64,000 nt of DNA from Mobula hypostoma (taxonomy: Eukaryota), in the NCBI RefSeq assembly GCF_963921235.1, contig NC_086101.1, forward strand, positions 3,040,001-3,104,000. The letters run 5' to 3'. The notes under the pieces are model-generated. The model saw only the letters and a program-made list of their open reading frames with translations, was not told the DNA's origin and made no database searches. Each line of letters begins with the position of its first letter. The stretch's first letter is position 1. Shown piece by piece: positions 37,201 to 50,680 of the stretch. The translations under genes and the position numbers were made by a program.

Positions 37201-37895
37201 GTGGGGGCTTATATGGGAGGCAGGATTTGAGGGTCGGCACAACATAGTGGGCCGAAGGGCCTGTACTGTGCTGTACTGTGCTGGAGGATTCAGGGGGTCA
37301 GGGAGAATCTACGACGGGAATAGACAGGCTGAGAGGCTGACTGGCCTCATTCAGCTGCTATGTCTTGTGCTGTTAAATTTCACTTTTACTTCATGAATAA
37401 TCTCCAATGCACAGCCCCAGAAAGAGGATACCTGGAAAAATCTTATCCAAGAGGTTGCTTAAATCAGCAAACATAAATCCTTTGGTTCACACAGTTTTGC
37501 ATTTGCTCTTTGAAGGAACTAACATTTTTTGGGCAGTTTGTGAATTATTAATATCTTTGTCCCTCAATATATCTATTTGTTAATATCTTTTCCTCAATAT
37601 ATCTAATTATTAATATATTTATTCCTCCTTATAACTAATTCTTATTTTTATCCTTTGTTATAACTAATAATTGATATATTCATCCCTCGCTATATCTAAG
37701 TACCTCCTGCACCACACCGGTCCCGTGTCCATAGGTAAACCAGGTGTATTTCAGGGACTGAGAATGGATGCCCCGTCCCTGGTGCTCGGGAGGGAATAAC
37801 TACCCCACCTCGTCACTGTCTGGGAAGTGACGTGTGACGTTTTCTCTCACAGGTCAAGCCCACCCAGAAACCAAGGGCCAGGAGAGTTCCAGTGA
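25254..37895 (+). CDS. IgSF V+C2+TM protein, copy B, short-tailed (265 aa if spliced, 252 aa if the TM donor is read through)
   Basis: Exons 25254-25302, 30872-31231, 33404-33664, 34187-34271, 37853-37895. Homologous to copy A with conserved splice sites. The TM exon is 85 nt and ends in phase 2, giving tail QSSPPRNQGPGEFQ*. Confidence 0.78.
25646..25812 (+). mobile_element. Short young CR1 3' end
   Basis: Near-identical to 47893-48066, (TTTCTATG)n tail, TSD ttcat. Confidence 0.8.
26320..30120 (+). mobile_element. Degenerate L1-clade LINE ORF2 in copy B intron 2
   Basis: GGDFNC, YSRIDY, ISDH (APE); SLLNVDSKIF; AEKVFDKLEW; HMFWSCP. Confidence 0.85.
27160..27963 (-). mobile_element. Rex1/Babar LINE 3' part nested in L1
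   Basis: KELVVDFRR..FKFLGVNITNDLTWS..KKAHQRLYFLRKLKKF..CTVESIL, open for 161 aa. Confidence 0.85.
34621..37275 (+). mobile_element. CR1 RT/3' end in copy B intron 4, interrupted by RTE
   Basis: VDVIYMDFSKAFDKVPHGRL resumes at ~36172 with VTSGVPQGSVLGP and FFTQRVVGAWNALP; (ctgtactgtg)n tail. Confidence 0.85.
34688..36172 (+). mobile_element. Internally deleted RTE-clade LINE with (AAC)n tail; Penelope fragment inside the tail (36058-36160)
   Basis: VDNFTYLGSIL..RIAKASAAFGRL..LLYASETW..RWAGHVVRM and a CPTC..H..H finger. TSD acacggtaggctt / acatggtaggttt. Confidence 0.85.
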
Positions 37896-39174
37896 GGATG
37901 GGGGTTTGGATGAGGGTTCTGACTGTCCGATCTTGGAATCTCGTGGCTCCTCTGACCCAGTGTGAACTGGAACAGGGACAGTGCTGAACATGTCCCTCCC
38001 TCCAGCTGCTGTCTCTACCATGACCCCCACCCACCCAACCCCTGATCACAGGACGTCTGTGCCTCATACTGTGTGGGAGGTGTCACTGAGATGGTGGGCT
38101 CCCCAGTGTGGGGCAGTTCCTGACTGTAGCAACTACTGGGGAACCGATCAATGATTGTGCGCATTGAGATGGGAGCTCAGGGTGACTGTGTCAGTGTCTG
38201 TCCCTGTGTCCTGTTTATTTGTTCTGTCTCAGGTTTTACGCAGAACATTTCAGCACAATACAGGCCCTTTGGCCCATAATGCTGAGCTGACTTTGTAATC
38301 CAGTCTAACATCAATCGAACTCTCCCCTCTGACGTAGCTCTCCATTTTTCTATCATCCACATTCCTTTAAATGCCTCTACCAGCACCCCTGGCAGCATGT
38401 TCCTTTCATCCATCACTCTCTATAAAAACACACCTCTGATATCCCCCCTCGTACTTTCCTCCAATCACAATAAATTGATGCTGTCTGTGTTGGCCATTTC
38501 CACCCTGGGGAAAGGTCTGACTGTCCACTGTCTGTCCCTCTCATCAACTTGTACAACTCCAAGTCACTCTCGTCCTCCCTCACTGCGAAGAGAAAATGCC
38601 CAGCTCACTCAACCTCTCCTCATCGGACCAGCTCCCTAAGCGGTCACCTCACTACAGGAAGGATGTGGATACTATAGAGAGAGTGCAGACGAGATTTACA
38701 AGGATTTTGTCTGGATAGGAGAGTGTGCCTTTTGGGAATAGGTTAGGTGAACTCGGCCTTTTCTCCTTGGAGTGACGGAGGATGAGAGGTGACCTGATAG
38801 AGGTGTATAAGATGATGAGATGCATTGATCGTGTGGATAGTCAGAGGCTTTTTCCCAGGGCTGAAATGGCTAACATAAGGGGTCACAGTTTTAAGGTGTT
38901 TGGAAACTGGTACTGAGGGAATGTCAGGGGTCAGTTTTTCCACACAGAGAGTGGTGAGTGTGTGGAATGGGCTGCCAGCGGTGTTGGTGGGTGAGGCGGA
39001 TATAACAGGGTCTTTCAGGAGACTCTTGGACGGGTACGTGGAGCTTAGAAAAGTAGAGGAAATTGTACACAGTTTCTAGAGTAGGTTACATGGTCAGCAC
39101 AACATAGTGAGGGGAAGAGCCTGTGATCTGCTGTAGACTTTCTATGTTCTATATTGTATTTTATCTTATTTCTC

Positions 39175-39750
39175 TGTCCACCAGAGAAAGCAGGATCTCC
39201 AGTGGCCACACATTTTAATTCCACATCCCATTCCCATTCTGACATGTCTATCCATGGCCTCCTCTATTGTAAAGATGAAGCCACACTCAGGTTGGAGGAA
39301 CAACACCTTATATTCCGTCTGAGTAGCCTCCAACCTGATGGCATGAACATTGACTTCTCAAACTTCTGTTAATGGCCCATCTCCCATCTGTTATTTATTT
39401 ATATACACACATTCTTTTTCTGTCTCTGTCTCCCTTTTCTCCCTCTGTCACTCTCACTATACCCTTTGCCCATCCTCTGGGTTCCCCCCCCTTGTCTTTC
39501 TTCCCGGACCTCCTGTCCCATGATCCTCTCGTATCCCCTTTTGCTTATCACCTGTCCAGCTCTTGGCTCCATCTCTCCCCCTCCTGTCTTCTCCTACCAC
39601 CCCTTCCCTTCCCACTTTCAAATCTCTTACTAACTCTTCCTTCAGTTAGTCCTGACGAAGGGTCTCAGCCCCAAACGTCGACTGTACCGCTTCCTAGAGA
39701 TGCTGCCTGACCTGCTGCGTTCACCAGCAACTTTTATGTGTGTTGCTTTT
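39175..39750 (+). mobile_element. Penelope-like 3' fragment, paralogue of 15190-15770
   Basis: GIY-YIG C-terminus in ORF 39154-39372. Hammerhead core has GAAA changed to CAAA. Confidence 0.8.
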
Positions 39751-41989
39751 ATTTTAATTATTGGTTCTTTTTGTCTTTTGCATGTTGGTTGTTTGTCAGC
39801 TTTGTTATTGTAGTTTTTCACAATTTCTATTATATTTGTGTATTTTGCTGTGAATGCCTGTAATGAAATGAATATATGATGCTGTGTATATAATTCTGTT
39901 GTGAATTTAATATTTGAGTAAATGTTGATTACTCATTTGGATTATTATTTATTATACTTGTTTAAAGATTCTTCATGTTGTTAATCTATTCTTTTTTAGA
40001 ATTATAATCGTTCTGTACATTGTTGATTACACAGTCTTTGAAATAAATCATTCCTGGCTCGCTGTAAAAATAAGTGAATATGTAAAAATGCCCTGTTGCT
40101 ACCAAATGATACGTGTGGGCCTCGCTTAAAGTGATCACAAAGTTTTGGATCCCCCATGTCTTCCTTTGAAATTGCTCTCTGTATTGTACTGCCCCGGCTC
40201 GCGTATCCGGACAAGTCGGACGCGACATCCATGGTCGACACACTGACCGACGGAGACCTCACTGCGCTCTGCCTGACCTGCTGAGTTCCTCCAGCAGTCT
40301 GTGTTTACTGCCCAGGTTTCCAGCTTCTGAGAATTTCTCAGGCAGCAGGATAAAGTAGTGGTGGTTGGGGTGTGGAGAGTGGGGTTATGATCAGCCTTTC
40401 TACTGAGGGAAAGGAACTGTTTTTCAGGCTGCTGGTCCTGTGGTTACTCTCTCTCTCTGTATCTTGTGTGTTGCAGTAAACACAGACTGCTGGAGGAACT
40501 CAGCAGGTCAGGCAGAGCACAGTGAGGTCTCCGTCGGTCAGTGTGTCGACCATGGATGTCGCGTCCGACTTGTCCGGATACGCGAGCCGGGGCAGTACAA
40601 TACAGAGAGCAATCTGCTGCCCGTGTAGCAGCCCCGCAGCCGCCCCCACCCCTCTCCACACAACGGCAGAGACCGATACAGGCAGAGACTCTCACCAGCA
40701 GCGTCGCAACAGTCGCCTGTCAGCGTCCAACTCATCGCGGACTGCCTTGAGCTCACATGGATCACTTGTGTTGACAGCTCATTCCACACTCTCACGACCC
40801 TCTGAATGAAGAAGTTTCCCCTCATATTCCCTTTAGACTTCTCACCTATCACCCCTAACCCATGACCTCTCGTTGTAGTCCCACCCTCCCTCAGTAGAAA
40901 AGCCTGCTTGCATTTACCCTAAATATACCCCTCATAATCTGTATACCTCATCAAATCTCCTCTCAATCTTCTACGCTCTAAAGAATAAAGTCTTAATCTT
41001 TCCTGAGAACTCAGACCCGGCATCATCCTTGTCAATTTTCTCTGCACTCTTTCAAACTTTATTACATCTTTCCTGTATGTAACTGACCAAAACTGCACAT
41101 AATATTCCAAATTAGGCTTCACCAACGGCTTAACAGCCCATCTCTTGAACAATAAAACTTTGATTTATGAAGGCCAATGTGACAAAAGTTTTCTTCACGA
41201 CCCAGTCTACCTGTGACGCTACTTTCAGTGAATTATGGACCTCTATTACCAGACCCCTTTGTTCTACCACAGTCCCCAGTGCTCTACTGTTCGCTGTGTA
41301 AGACCTACTATGGTTTGTCCTACCGAAATGAAAACAGCTTGCACCTGCCGCCATTAAATTCCATCTGACACTTTTCAGCTGACCCAGATCCTGCTCAAGC
41401 TCTGATGGTCGTCCTTGACCTGACCACACACCAGCCATGCTGACGATCCGTAATCAGCCCCCGTCTATCCAAATGCCAATATCCGATGCCTTAGAATATC
41501 TTCCAATAACTTTCCCACCAATGATGTCAGACTCACTAGCCTGTAATTTCCTGGTTTATGTTTAGAGCCTTTTTTGAGCAGCCAAACAACATTGGCTGAC
41601 AGAACTGCCAATCCTACCCCTCCACAACAGCAGCCGACAGAGTACCTCTCTCGTTGGGACACACCTGGAGTCTGGTTTTGCTGTTAACTAACACTATTTT
41701 ATTAGTAACTACATAATAAAGTAACATAAAACCAGATAAATCAAGCAGCCAAACAATATTGGCGATCCTCCAATCCTCTCGTACCTCTCTCATTGCTGAG
41801 GATGATTTAAATATCTCTGCTGTGGCTCCAGCAGTTTCTGCATTTGCCTCCCGTGGGGTCTGAGGGAGCTTCTTCTCAGGCTCTGGGGATTTATCCACCC
41901 TCATTTGCCACAGGACAGTAAGCACCTGCTCATCTGTATAGGGTCTATGAAGCTGATGTCGCTTTGCCTCGCTTCTGTAGAATCTGTGC

Positions 41990-44722
41990 CTGGCTTCAAG
42001 TGGACGGGGCCTGGGAAATGAATATTCAAGCGTATATGTCCTATCGAAAGGACAGACTGATGGGCAGAGGGGGTGGGGTGGCTCTGTTGGTGAGGAATGA
42101 AATTCAGTCCCTTGCGAGGGGGGACACAGAATCAGGAGACGTAGAGTCAGTATGGATAGAACTGAGAAATTGTAAGGGTAGAAAGACACTAATGGGAGTT
42201 ATCTACAGGCCCCCAAACAGTAGTCTGGATGTAGGGTGTAAGTTAAATAAAGAGTTAAAATTGGCATGTCGCAAAGGTAATGCTACAGTTGTTATGGGGG
42301 ATTTCAACATGCAGGTAGACTGGAGGAATCAGGTTGGTACTGGACCCCAAGAAAGGGAGTTTGTGGAGTGCCTCCGAGATGGATTCTTAGAGCAGCTTGT
42401 ACTGGAGCCTACCAGAGAGAAGGCAATTCTAAATTTAGTGTTGTGCAATGAACCGGATTTGATCAGGGACCTCGAGGTAAAGGAGCCATCGGGAGGTAGT
42501 GACCATAATATGTTAAGTTTTAATCTACAATTTGAGAGGGAGAAGAGAAACTCGGAAGTGTCAGTATTACAGTTGAACAAAGGGAACTATGGTGCTATGA
42601 GGGAGGAGCTGGCCAAAGTTCAATGGAACAATACCCTAGCAGGGATGACAGTGGAACAGCAATGGCAAGTGTTTCTGGGAATAATGCGGAAGCTGCAGGA
42701 TCAGTTCATTCCAAAGAGGAAGAAAGATCCTAAGGGGAGTAAAGGGAGGCCGTGGCTGACAAGGGAAGTAATGGACAGTATAAAAATAAAAGAGAAGATG
42801 TATAACATAGCAAAGACGAGTGGGAAGCCGGAGGATTGGGAAACTTTTAAAGAGCAACAGAAGGTAACTAAAAAGGCAATACATGGAGAAAAAATGAGGT
42901 ACGAAGGTAAACTAGCCAAGAATATAAAGGAGGATATGTGAAAAGGAAAAAAATAGTTAAGATCAAAATTGGGCCCTTGAAGACAGAAGCGGGTGAATTT
43001 ATTATGGGGAACAAGGAAAGGGCAGACGAGTTGAACAGGTACTTTGGATCTGTCTTCACTAGGGAAAACACAAACAATCTCCCAGATATAATAGTGGCCA
43101 AGGGACCTAGGGTAATGGATGAACTGAAGGAAATTTATATTAGGCGGGAAATGGTGTTGGATAGGCTGTTGGGTCTGAAGGCTGATAAGTCCCCGGGACC
43201 TGATGGTCTGCACCCCAGGGTACTTAAGGAGGTGGCTTTAGAAATCGTGGACGCATTGGTAATCATTTTCCAATGTTCTATAGATTCAGGATCAGTTCCT
43301 ATGGATTGGAGGGAGGCTAATGTTGTCCCCCTCTTCAAGAAGGGAGGAAGAGAGAAAACAGGGAATTATAGACCGGTTAGCCTGATGTCGGTGGTGGGAA
43401 GGATGCTGGAGTCAATTAGCAGTAACAGGATCAGTCCAAGTCAGCATGGATTTACAAAGGGCAAATCGTGCTTGACTAATCTTCTGGAAATTTTTGAGGA
43501 TGTAACTATGAAAATGGACAAGGGAGAGTCAGTGGATGTGATGTACCTGGACTTTCAGAGAGCCTTTGATGAAGTCCTACATAGGAGATTAGTGGGCAAA
43601 ATTAGGGCACATGGTATTGGGGGCAGAGTACAAACATGGATTGAAAATTGGCTGGCTGACAGAAAACAAAGAGTAGCGATTAATGGGTCCCTTTCGGAAT
43701 GGCAGGCGGTGACCAGTCGGGTACTGCAGGGTTCAGTGCTGGGACCGCAGCTGTTTACAATATATATTAATGATTTAGATGAGGGAATTAAAAGTAACAT
43801 TAGCAAATTTGCCGATGACACAAAGCTGGGTGGCAGTTTGAAATGTGAGGAGGATGTTATGAGAATGCAGGGTGACTTGGACAGTCTGGGTGACTGGGCA
43901 GATGCAGTTTAATGTGGATAAATGTGAGGTTAACCACTTTGTTGGTAAGAACAGGAAAGCAGATTATTATCTAAATGGAGTCAAGTTAGGAAAAGAGGAA
44001 GTACAACGAGATCTAGGTGTTCTTGTACATCAGTCACTGAAAGCAAGCATGCAAGTACAGCAGGCAGTGAAGAAAGCTAATGGCATGCTGGCCTTCATAA
44101 CAAGGGGAATTGAGTATAAGAGCAAAGAGGTCCTTCTGCAACTGTACAGGGCCCTGGTGAGACCACACCTGGAGTACTGTGTGCAGTTTTGGTCTCCAAA
44201 TTTGAGAAAGGACATTCTTGCTAATGAGGGAGTGCAGCGTAGGTTCACAAGGTTAATTCCCAGGATGGCGGGACTGTCATATGTCGAAAGATTGGAGTGA
44301 CTGAGCTTTTATACTCTGGAATTTAGAAGGCCAAGAGGGGATCTTATTGAAACATATAAGATTATTAAGGGATTGGACACACTGGAGGCAGGAAGCATGT
44401 TCCCGCTGATGGGTGAGTCCAGAACCAGAGGCCACAGTTTAAGAATTAGGGGTAGGCCATTTAGAACGGAGTTGAGGAAAAACTTTTTCACCCAGAGAGT
44501 GGTGGATATATGGAATGCTCTGCCCCAGAAGGCTGTGGAGGCCAAGTCTCTGGATACTTTCAAGAAAGAGATGGATAGAGCTCTTAAAGATAGTGGAATC
44601 AAAGGTTATGGGGATAAGGCAGGGACTGGATACTGATAGTGGATGATCAGCCATGATCACAGTGAATGGCGGTGCTGGATCGAAGGGGCGAATGGCCTAC
44701 TCCTGCACCTATTGTCTATTGT
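41990..44722 (+). mobile_element. CR1 LINE, near-complete ORF2 (APE and RT) with few disruptions
   Basis: YRPPNS, GDFN, SDHN; KSPGPDGLHPRVLKE; QGSVLGP; KFADDTK; (ctattgt)n tail. Confidence 0.9.
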
Positions 44723-46573
44723 CTCCCGAGCAAATACAAATGCAAAAAAGTATTTAATATCCTCCCATCTCCTTTGGCTCCACACATGGATTACCATTCT
44801 GATCTTGCAGAAAACCAATTTTGTCCATTGCGATCCTTCAGCTCTGAACCTATCTCCAGAGTCACCTAGGATTCTCCTTCACCCTGCCTGCTAGGGCAAC
44901 TTTGTGCCTTCTTTTAGCCCTCCTGATTTTGTAAACATTCCCTAGTATTTCTCATGCTCCATAACTACCACATTTTTCCTACCTGCCGAAACCGACTATG
45001 CACTTATTTTTCTTAGCGAGGGTGTAATTATTTCCTGAAAATCAAGCTTCCCTACAGTTGTTATCATTACCTTTTGTTCTAACAGGCACATACAAGCTTT
45101 GTACTCACAAAATTGCACTTTGCAAGGCTTCCCACTTACTACGAATACCTTTCCCAGAAAAGAACCTCTTCCAATCCACACTTGCCAAATAATTTCTGAA
45201 ACCGTCAAAACTGGCCTTTCTCCAATTTAGAATCTCAACCCGTGGACCAGACCTATCCTTTTCCATATTTCAGTTGAAACTAATGGCATTGTGGTCACTG
45301 GGTGCCAAGTGTTCCCCTACAGAAACTTCTGTCACCTACCCTGTCTCGTTCCCTGGGGGAAATGGACCATTGCATCCTCTGTCACTGAGGCTTCTACATG
45401 CTGATTAAGGGAACTTTTTTTGAACGCGTTTGACAAACTCTATCCTACCTAGTCCTTTTATAGTGTGGGAGTCTCAATCAATATATGAAAGGTTTAAATA
45501 ACCTACTAAAACAACATTATGTTTCTTACAACAGTCTGTGATCTCTCTACAGGTTTGTTCCTCTAAATACCTGGTCTGTTGAGTGGTCGGTAATATAGCC
45601 TCATTAATGTTGTCCTATGTCTCGTACTTCTCAGTTTGATCTGTAAAGACTCACTAGACAAGTTCTGCAGTCTGTCCAGACTGAACACTGCTGTGACATT
45701 TTCCCTGTCTAGGAAAACCACCCTGCTTCCTTTAACCCCTCCCTCTCTGTCTTTGAAACAACAGAATATCGAGCTGCCACTCCTCCTCCTCCTGCAACCA
45801 AGTCTCACTAATGGCTACAATATCCTAATTCCAGGTGTTGATCCACACTCTGAGATCACCCACCTTTCCTATGATTCTTCTTCCTTTGAAATATACACAG
45901 CTCAGGACAGAAATCACACTATCATTACCCTTTTGACTCTTGACTTTGTCTGAGGTCTTACCAACATCGGTCTCCACGACCTCTCCATTATCTGTACTGG
46001 CACTCTGGTTCCCATCCCCCTACAATTCTAGTTTAAATCCCACCGTGTCTCACTATCAACCCATCCCACAAAGACATTAGTCCCCCTCCAGTTCAGGTGC
46101 AAACTAGCTCTTCCGTACAGCTCCCACTTTCTCTGGAAGAGAGCACTATGATCCAACCCCAACTCCCTCCTTCCTACACCACTCCTTAGTCACTGTATAA
46201 TCTTCATGTTTCTGGCCTCACTAGCATGTGGCATGGTAGCAATCCTGAGATCACAGCCCTGGAGTTCCAGCCCTTTAACTTACAACCTCACTCCCTGAAC
46301 TCCCTTTGCATGAACCTCGTCACTCTTCCTGCCTATGTCATTGATCCCTACCTATATGGACCACGACCTCTGGCTGCTCACACTCCCACTTAGGAATGCT
46401 GAGGACTCGATCCGAGATGCCCTGGACACTGGCACCCAGGAAGCAACGTACCAATTTTCAGGTGGCCCAGGTCGTAATCCAGAAATTACCACCTTTTTGG
46501 TTCTGCTTTTTAATTTAGTCCCTAGCAGCTCAAATTCCCTCAGCAGAATCTCTTTCCTTGTTCTACCTATGTC

Positions 46574-48066
46574 GTTAGATTCTGGACTAGTTCCTGAGGA
46601 TTGGAGGGTGGCTAATGTAACCCCACTTTTCAAAAAAGGAGGGAGAGAGAAACTGGGGAATTATAGACCGGTTAGCCTAACGTCGGTGGTGGGAAAACTG
46701 CTGGAGTCAGTTATCAAAGATGTGATAACAGCACATTTGGAAAGCGGTGAAATGATCGGACAAAGTCAGCATGGATTTGTGAAAGGAAAATCATGTCTGA
46801 CGAATCTCATAGAATTTTTTGAGGATGTAACTAGTAGAGTGGATGGGGAGAACCAGTGGATGTGGTATATTTGGATTTTCAAAAGGCTTTTGACAAGGTC
46901 CCACACAGGAGATTAGTGTGCAAACTTAAAGCACACGGTATTGGGGGTAAGGTATTGGTGTGGGTGGAGAATTGGTTAGCAGACAGGAAGCAAAGAGTGG
47001 GAATAAACGGGACCTTTTCAGAATGGCAGGCGGTGACTAGTGGGGTACCGCAAGGCTCAGTGCTGGGACCCCAGTTGTTTACAATATATATTAATGACTT
47101 GGATGAGGGAATTAAATGCAGCATCTCCAAGTTTGCGCATGACACGAAGCTGGGTGGCAGTGTTAGCTGTGAGGAGGATGCTAAGGGGATGCAGGGTGAC
47201 TTGGATATGTTGGGTGAGTGGGCAAATTCATGGCAGATGCAATTTAATGTGGATAAATGTGAAGTTATCCACTTTGGTGGCAAAAATAGGAAAACAGATT
47301 ATTATCTGAATGGTGGCCGATTAGGAAAAGGGGAGGTGCAACGAGACCTGGGTGTCATTATACACCAGTCATTGAAAGTGGGCATGCAGGTACAGCAGGC
47401 GGTGAAAAAGGCGAATGGTATGCTGGCATTTATAGCGAGAGGATTCGAGTACAGGAGCAGGGAGGTACTACTGCAGTTGTACAAGGCCTTGGTGAGACCA
47501 CACCTGGAGTATTGTGTGCAGTTTTGGTCCCCTAATCTGAGGAAAGACATCCTTGCCATAGAGGGAGTACAAGGAAGGTTCACCAGATTGATTCCTGGGA
47601 TGGCAGGACTTTCATATGAAGAAAGACTGGATGAACTGGGCTTGTACTCGTTGGAATTTAGAAGATTGAGGGGGGATCTGATTGAAACGTATAAAATCCT
47701 AAAGGGATTGGACAGGCTAGATGCAGGAAGATTGTTCCCGACGTTGGGGAAGTCCAGTACGAGGGGCCACAGTTTGAGGATAGAGGGGAAGCCTTTTAGG
47801 ACCGAGATTAGGAAAAACTTCTTCACACAGAGAGTGGTGAATCTGTGGAATTCTCTGCCACAGGAAACTGTTGAGGCCAGTTCATTGGCTATATTTAAGA
47901 GGGAGTTAGATATGGCCCTTGTGGCTACGGGGGTCAGGGGGTATGGAGGGAAGGCTGGGGCGGGGTTCTGAGTTGGATGATCAGCCATGATCATAATAAA
48001 TGGTGGTGCAGGCTCGAAGGGCCGAATGGCCTACTCCTGCACCTATTTTCTATGTTTCTATGTTTC
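46574..48066 (+). mobile_element. Young 5'-truncated CR1 LINE
   Basis: 371-aa open RT/C-terminal ORF 46856-47971, (TTTCTATG)n tail, TSD ctatgtc. Confidence 0.9.
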
Positions 48067-48322
48067 TATGTCATTGGTACCCACATTGGCCATGACAACT
48101 GCATCTTTCCCCTTCCACTGCAAATTCCTCTACAGGTCAGATAAGATGTTCCAAACCCAGGCACCAGGCAGGTAAAACAATCTTCAGGACGCTCTATCCC
48201 TGCGACAGAATATATACATACATACATACATATACATATACACACACACACACATATATATATATAAATAAATAATATTAAAATGTAAAATATAAGAACT
48301 GATATATATATACACACACACA

Positions 48323-49140
48323 CTAGACAACAGGGTGACCCATTGGGGCACGCTTTGGGAGAAGGGTAGTGCAGTCTAATGTGACCAGAATGTACATTAA
48401 ATTTTCCTGAATGCTATTGGTATCACTTTGCTTTGGAAACTGAAGTAGTAAACCTCAGTTTATTAAAGAAGAACGACACGTAGCAGGGCAAATATGGCTC
48501 CTCCTCGTTTAACGAAGGACATGTTTGATGGCATCATTTCTGGTTTATCTGCCACCCTTGTGCCTCTCGTTGTCATTCTGGAGATGTGCAGTCCTTTCAT
48601 CCTCCATCTCTTCATCTCTTCTGCTGTTTAACTCTGATCCTGGAAACATGCATCCCTCTCCTCCTCTGTCTCTTCTTCTCTCGTCTTTTTTTGTCCTGAC
48701 TCTTTGATCCTGGAGTCGTGCGGCCCTCGCCTCATCCGATTCTTCTTCTCTCCCTCTCCTTGCGCTTCCCAATGACGTTTGGCATTATCTCTTGACCATA
48801 ATGTCCCCCTTCCCTTTCCACTCTGCATAATTAGGCTGACCATTTTTTAAAACCCTAATGCTGGATAGAAGATACGAAGCAGTAACACCAAAGGATGCTG
48901 ATTATTCTTGATGATGTGGTTGGCACTCTCCTAAATGGACGTGATATAGTCACCGCTGTCCTTTGACAGCAGCAAAGGGTTTTATGGGTGTCTGGAAGTA
49001 CGTCATTACAATAAGATTTAATTATCTCTTAATGATGGGTGGCAGTTAGAAATGTCCCAATCCTGCACATGCTGATGGTGATGTGACCCCTCGAAATAGA
49101 GCTGCCCTGCCCTTTTGCTCCGGTAGGTGTCGCTGCTGAG
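48323..49140 (-). mobile_element. Probable non-autonomous Helitron fragment
   Basis: Minus strand ends ...CTAG followed by T, with GC hairpin GTGCCCC-AAT-GGGTCAC 8 nt upstream. Charged repeats EESDEARAARLQDQRVR and EMEDERTAHLQND resemble Rep/Hel N-termini. Confidence 0.6.
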
Positions 49141-49147
49141 GCTGGCT

Positions 49148-49730
49148 GTGTGCATGACAATAAACTGGACTGGTCTAAGAACACTGAGGGTGTCTACAAG
49201 AAGGGTCAGAACCGTCTCTATTTCCTGAGGAGACTGAGGTCCTTTAACATCTGCCGGGCAATGCTGAGGATGTTCTATGAGTCTGTGGTGGCCAGTGCTA
49301 TCATGTTTGCTGTTGTGTGCTGGGACAGCAGGCTGAGGGTAGCAGACACCAACAGGATCAACAAACTCATTCGTAAGGCCAGTGATGTTGTGGGGATGGA
49401 ACTGGACTCTCTCACAGTGGTGTCTGAAAAGAGGATGCTGTCTAAGTTGCATGCCATCTTGGTCAATGTCTCCCATCCACTACATAATGTACTGGTTGGG
49501 CACAGGAGTACATTCAGCCAGAGACTCATTCCACCGAGATGCAACACAGAGCGTCATAGGAAGTCATTCCTGCCTGTGGCCATCAAACTTTACAACTCCT
49601 CCCTTGGAGGGTCAGACACCCTGAGCCAATAGGCTGGTCCTGGACTTATTTCCTGGCATAATTTACAAATTACTATTTAATTATTTATGGTTTTATTACT
49701 ATTTAATTATTTATGGTGCGACTGTAGTTA
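49148..49730 (+). mobile_element. Rex1/Babar LINE 3' end
   Basis: DNKLDWSKNT..KKGQNRLYFLRRLRSF..FYESVVAS..SFLPVAIKLYN; tandem tactatttaattatttatggt tail. Confidence 0.85.
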
Positions 49731-49974
49731 TAGTTATGGAGCATGAGAAATACTAGGGAATGTTTACGAAATCAGGAGGGCTAAAAAAAAGGCTCGAAGT
49801 TGCCCTAGCAGGCAGGGTGAAGGAGAATCCTAAGGGATTCTGGAGGTACGTTCAGATCTGAAGGATTGCAATGGACAAAATTAATTTTCTGCAAGATCAG
49901 AATGGTAATCCATGTGTGGAGCCAAAGGAGATGGGGAGATATTAAATACTTTTTCGCATTTGTATTTACTCAGG

Positions 49975-50680
49975 AGACAATAGACAATAGGTGCAAGAGT
50001 AGGCCATTCGGCCCTTCGAGCCAGCACCGCCATTCACTGTGATCATGGCTGATCATCCACAATCAGTATCCAGTTCCTGCCTTATCCCCATAACCTTTGA
50101 TTCCGCTATCTTTAAGAGCTCTATCCACCTCTTTCTTGAAAGCATCCAGAGACTTGGCCTCCACAGCCTTCTGGGGCAGAGCATTCCATATATCCACCAC
50201 TCTCTGGGTGAAAAAGTTTTCCCCCAACTCCATTCTAAATGGCCTACCCCTAATTTTTAAACTGTGGCCTCTGGTTCTGGACTCACCCATCAGCGGGAAC
50301 ATGCTTCCTGCCTCCAGCGTGTCCAATCCCTTAATAATCTTATATGTTTCAATAAGATCCCCGCTCAGCCTTCTAAATTGCAGAGTATACATGCCCAGTC
50401 ACTCCAATCTTTCAACATATGACAGTCCCGCCATCCCGGGAATTAACCTTGTGAACCTACGCTGCACTCCCTCAATAGCGAGAATGTCCTTCCTCAAATT
50501 TGGAGACCAAAACTGCACACAGTACTCCAGGTGTGGTCTCACCAGGGCCCTGTACAGCTGCAGAAGGACCTCTTTGCTCTTATACTCAATTCCCCTTGTT
50601 ATGAAGGTCAGCATGCCATTAGCTTTCTTCACTATCTGCTGTACTTGCATGCTTGCTTTCAGTGACTGATGTACAAGAAC
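49975..50680 (-). mobile_element. CR1 3' end, inverted duplicate of 44020-44722
   Basis: Reverse-complement near identity including the flanking sequence. Confidence 0.85.

Larger units (their letters stand above)
40473..48320 (-). repeat. Inverted segmental copy of the gene upstream flank with later CR1 insertions
   Basis: Reverse-complement matches to 5820-6830, 3500-4700 and 1500-1810, and to 49730-52420. Confidence 0.75.

Noticed and set aside
47302..47994. Long antisense ORFs over CR1 and RTE elements
   Set aside because: Shadow frames of young retrotransposon coding sequence.
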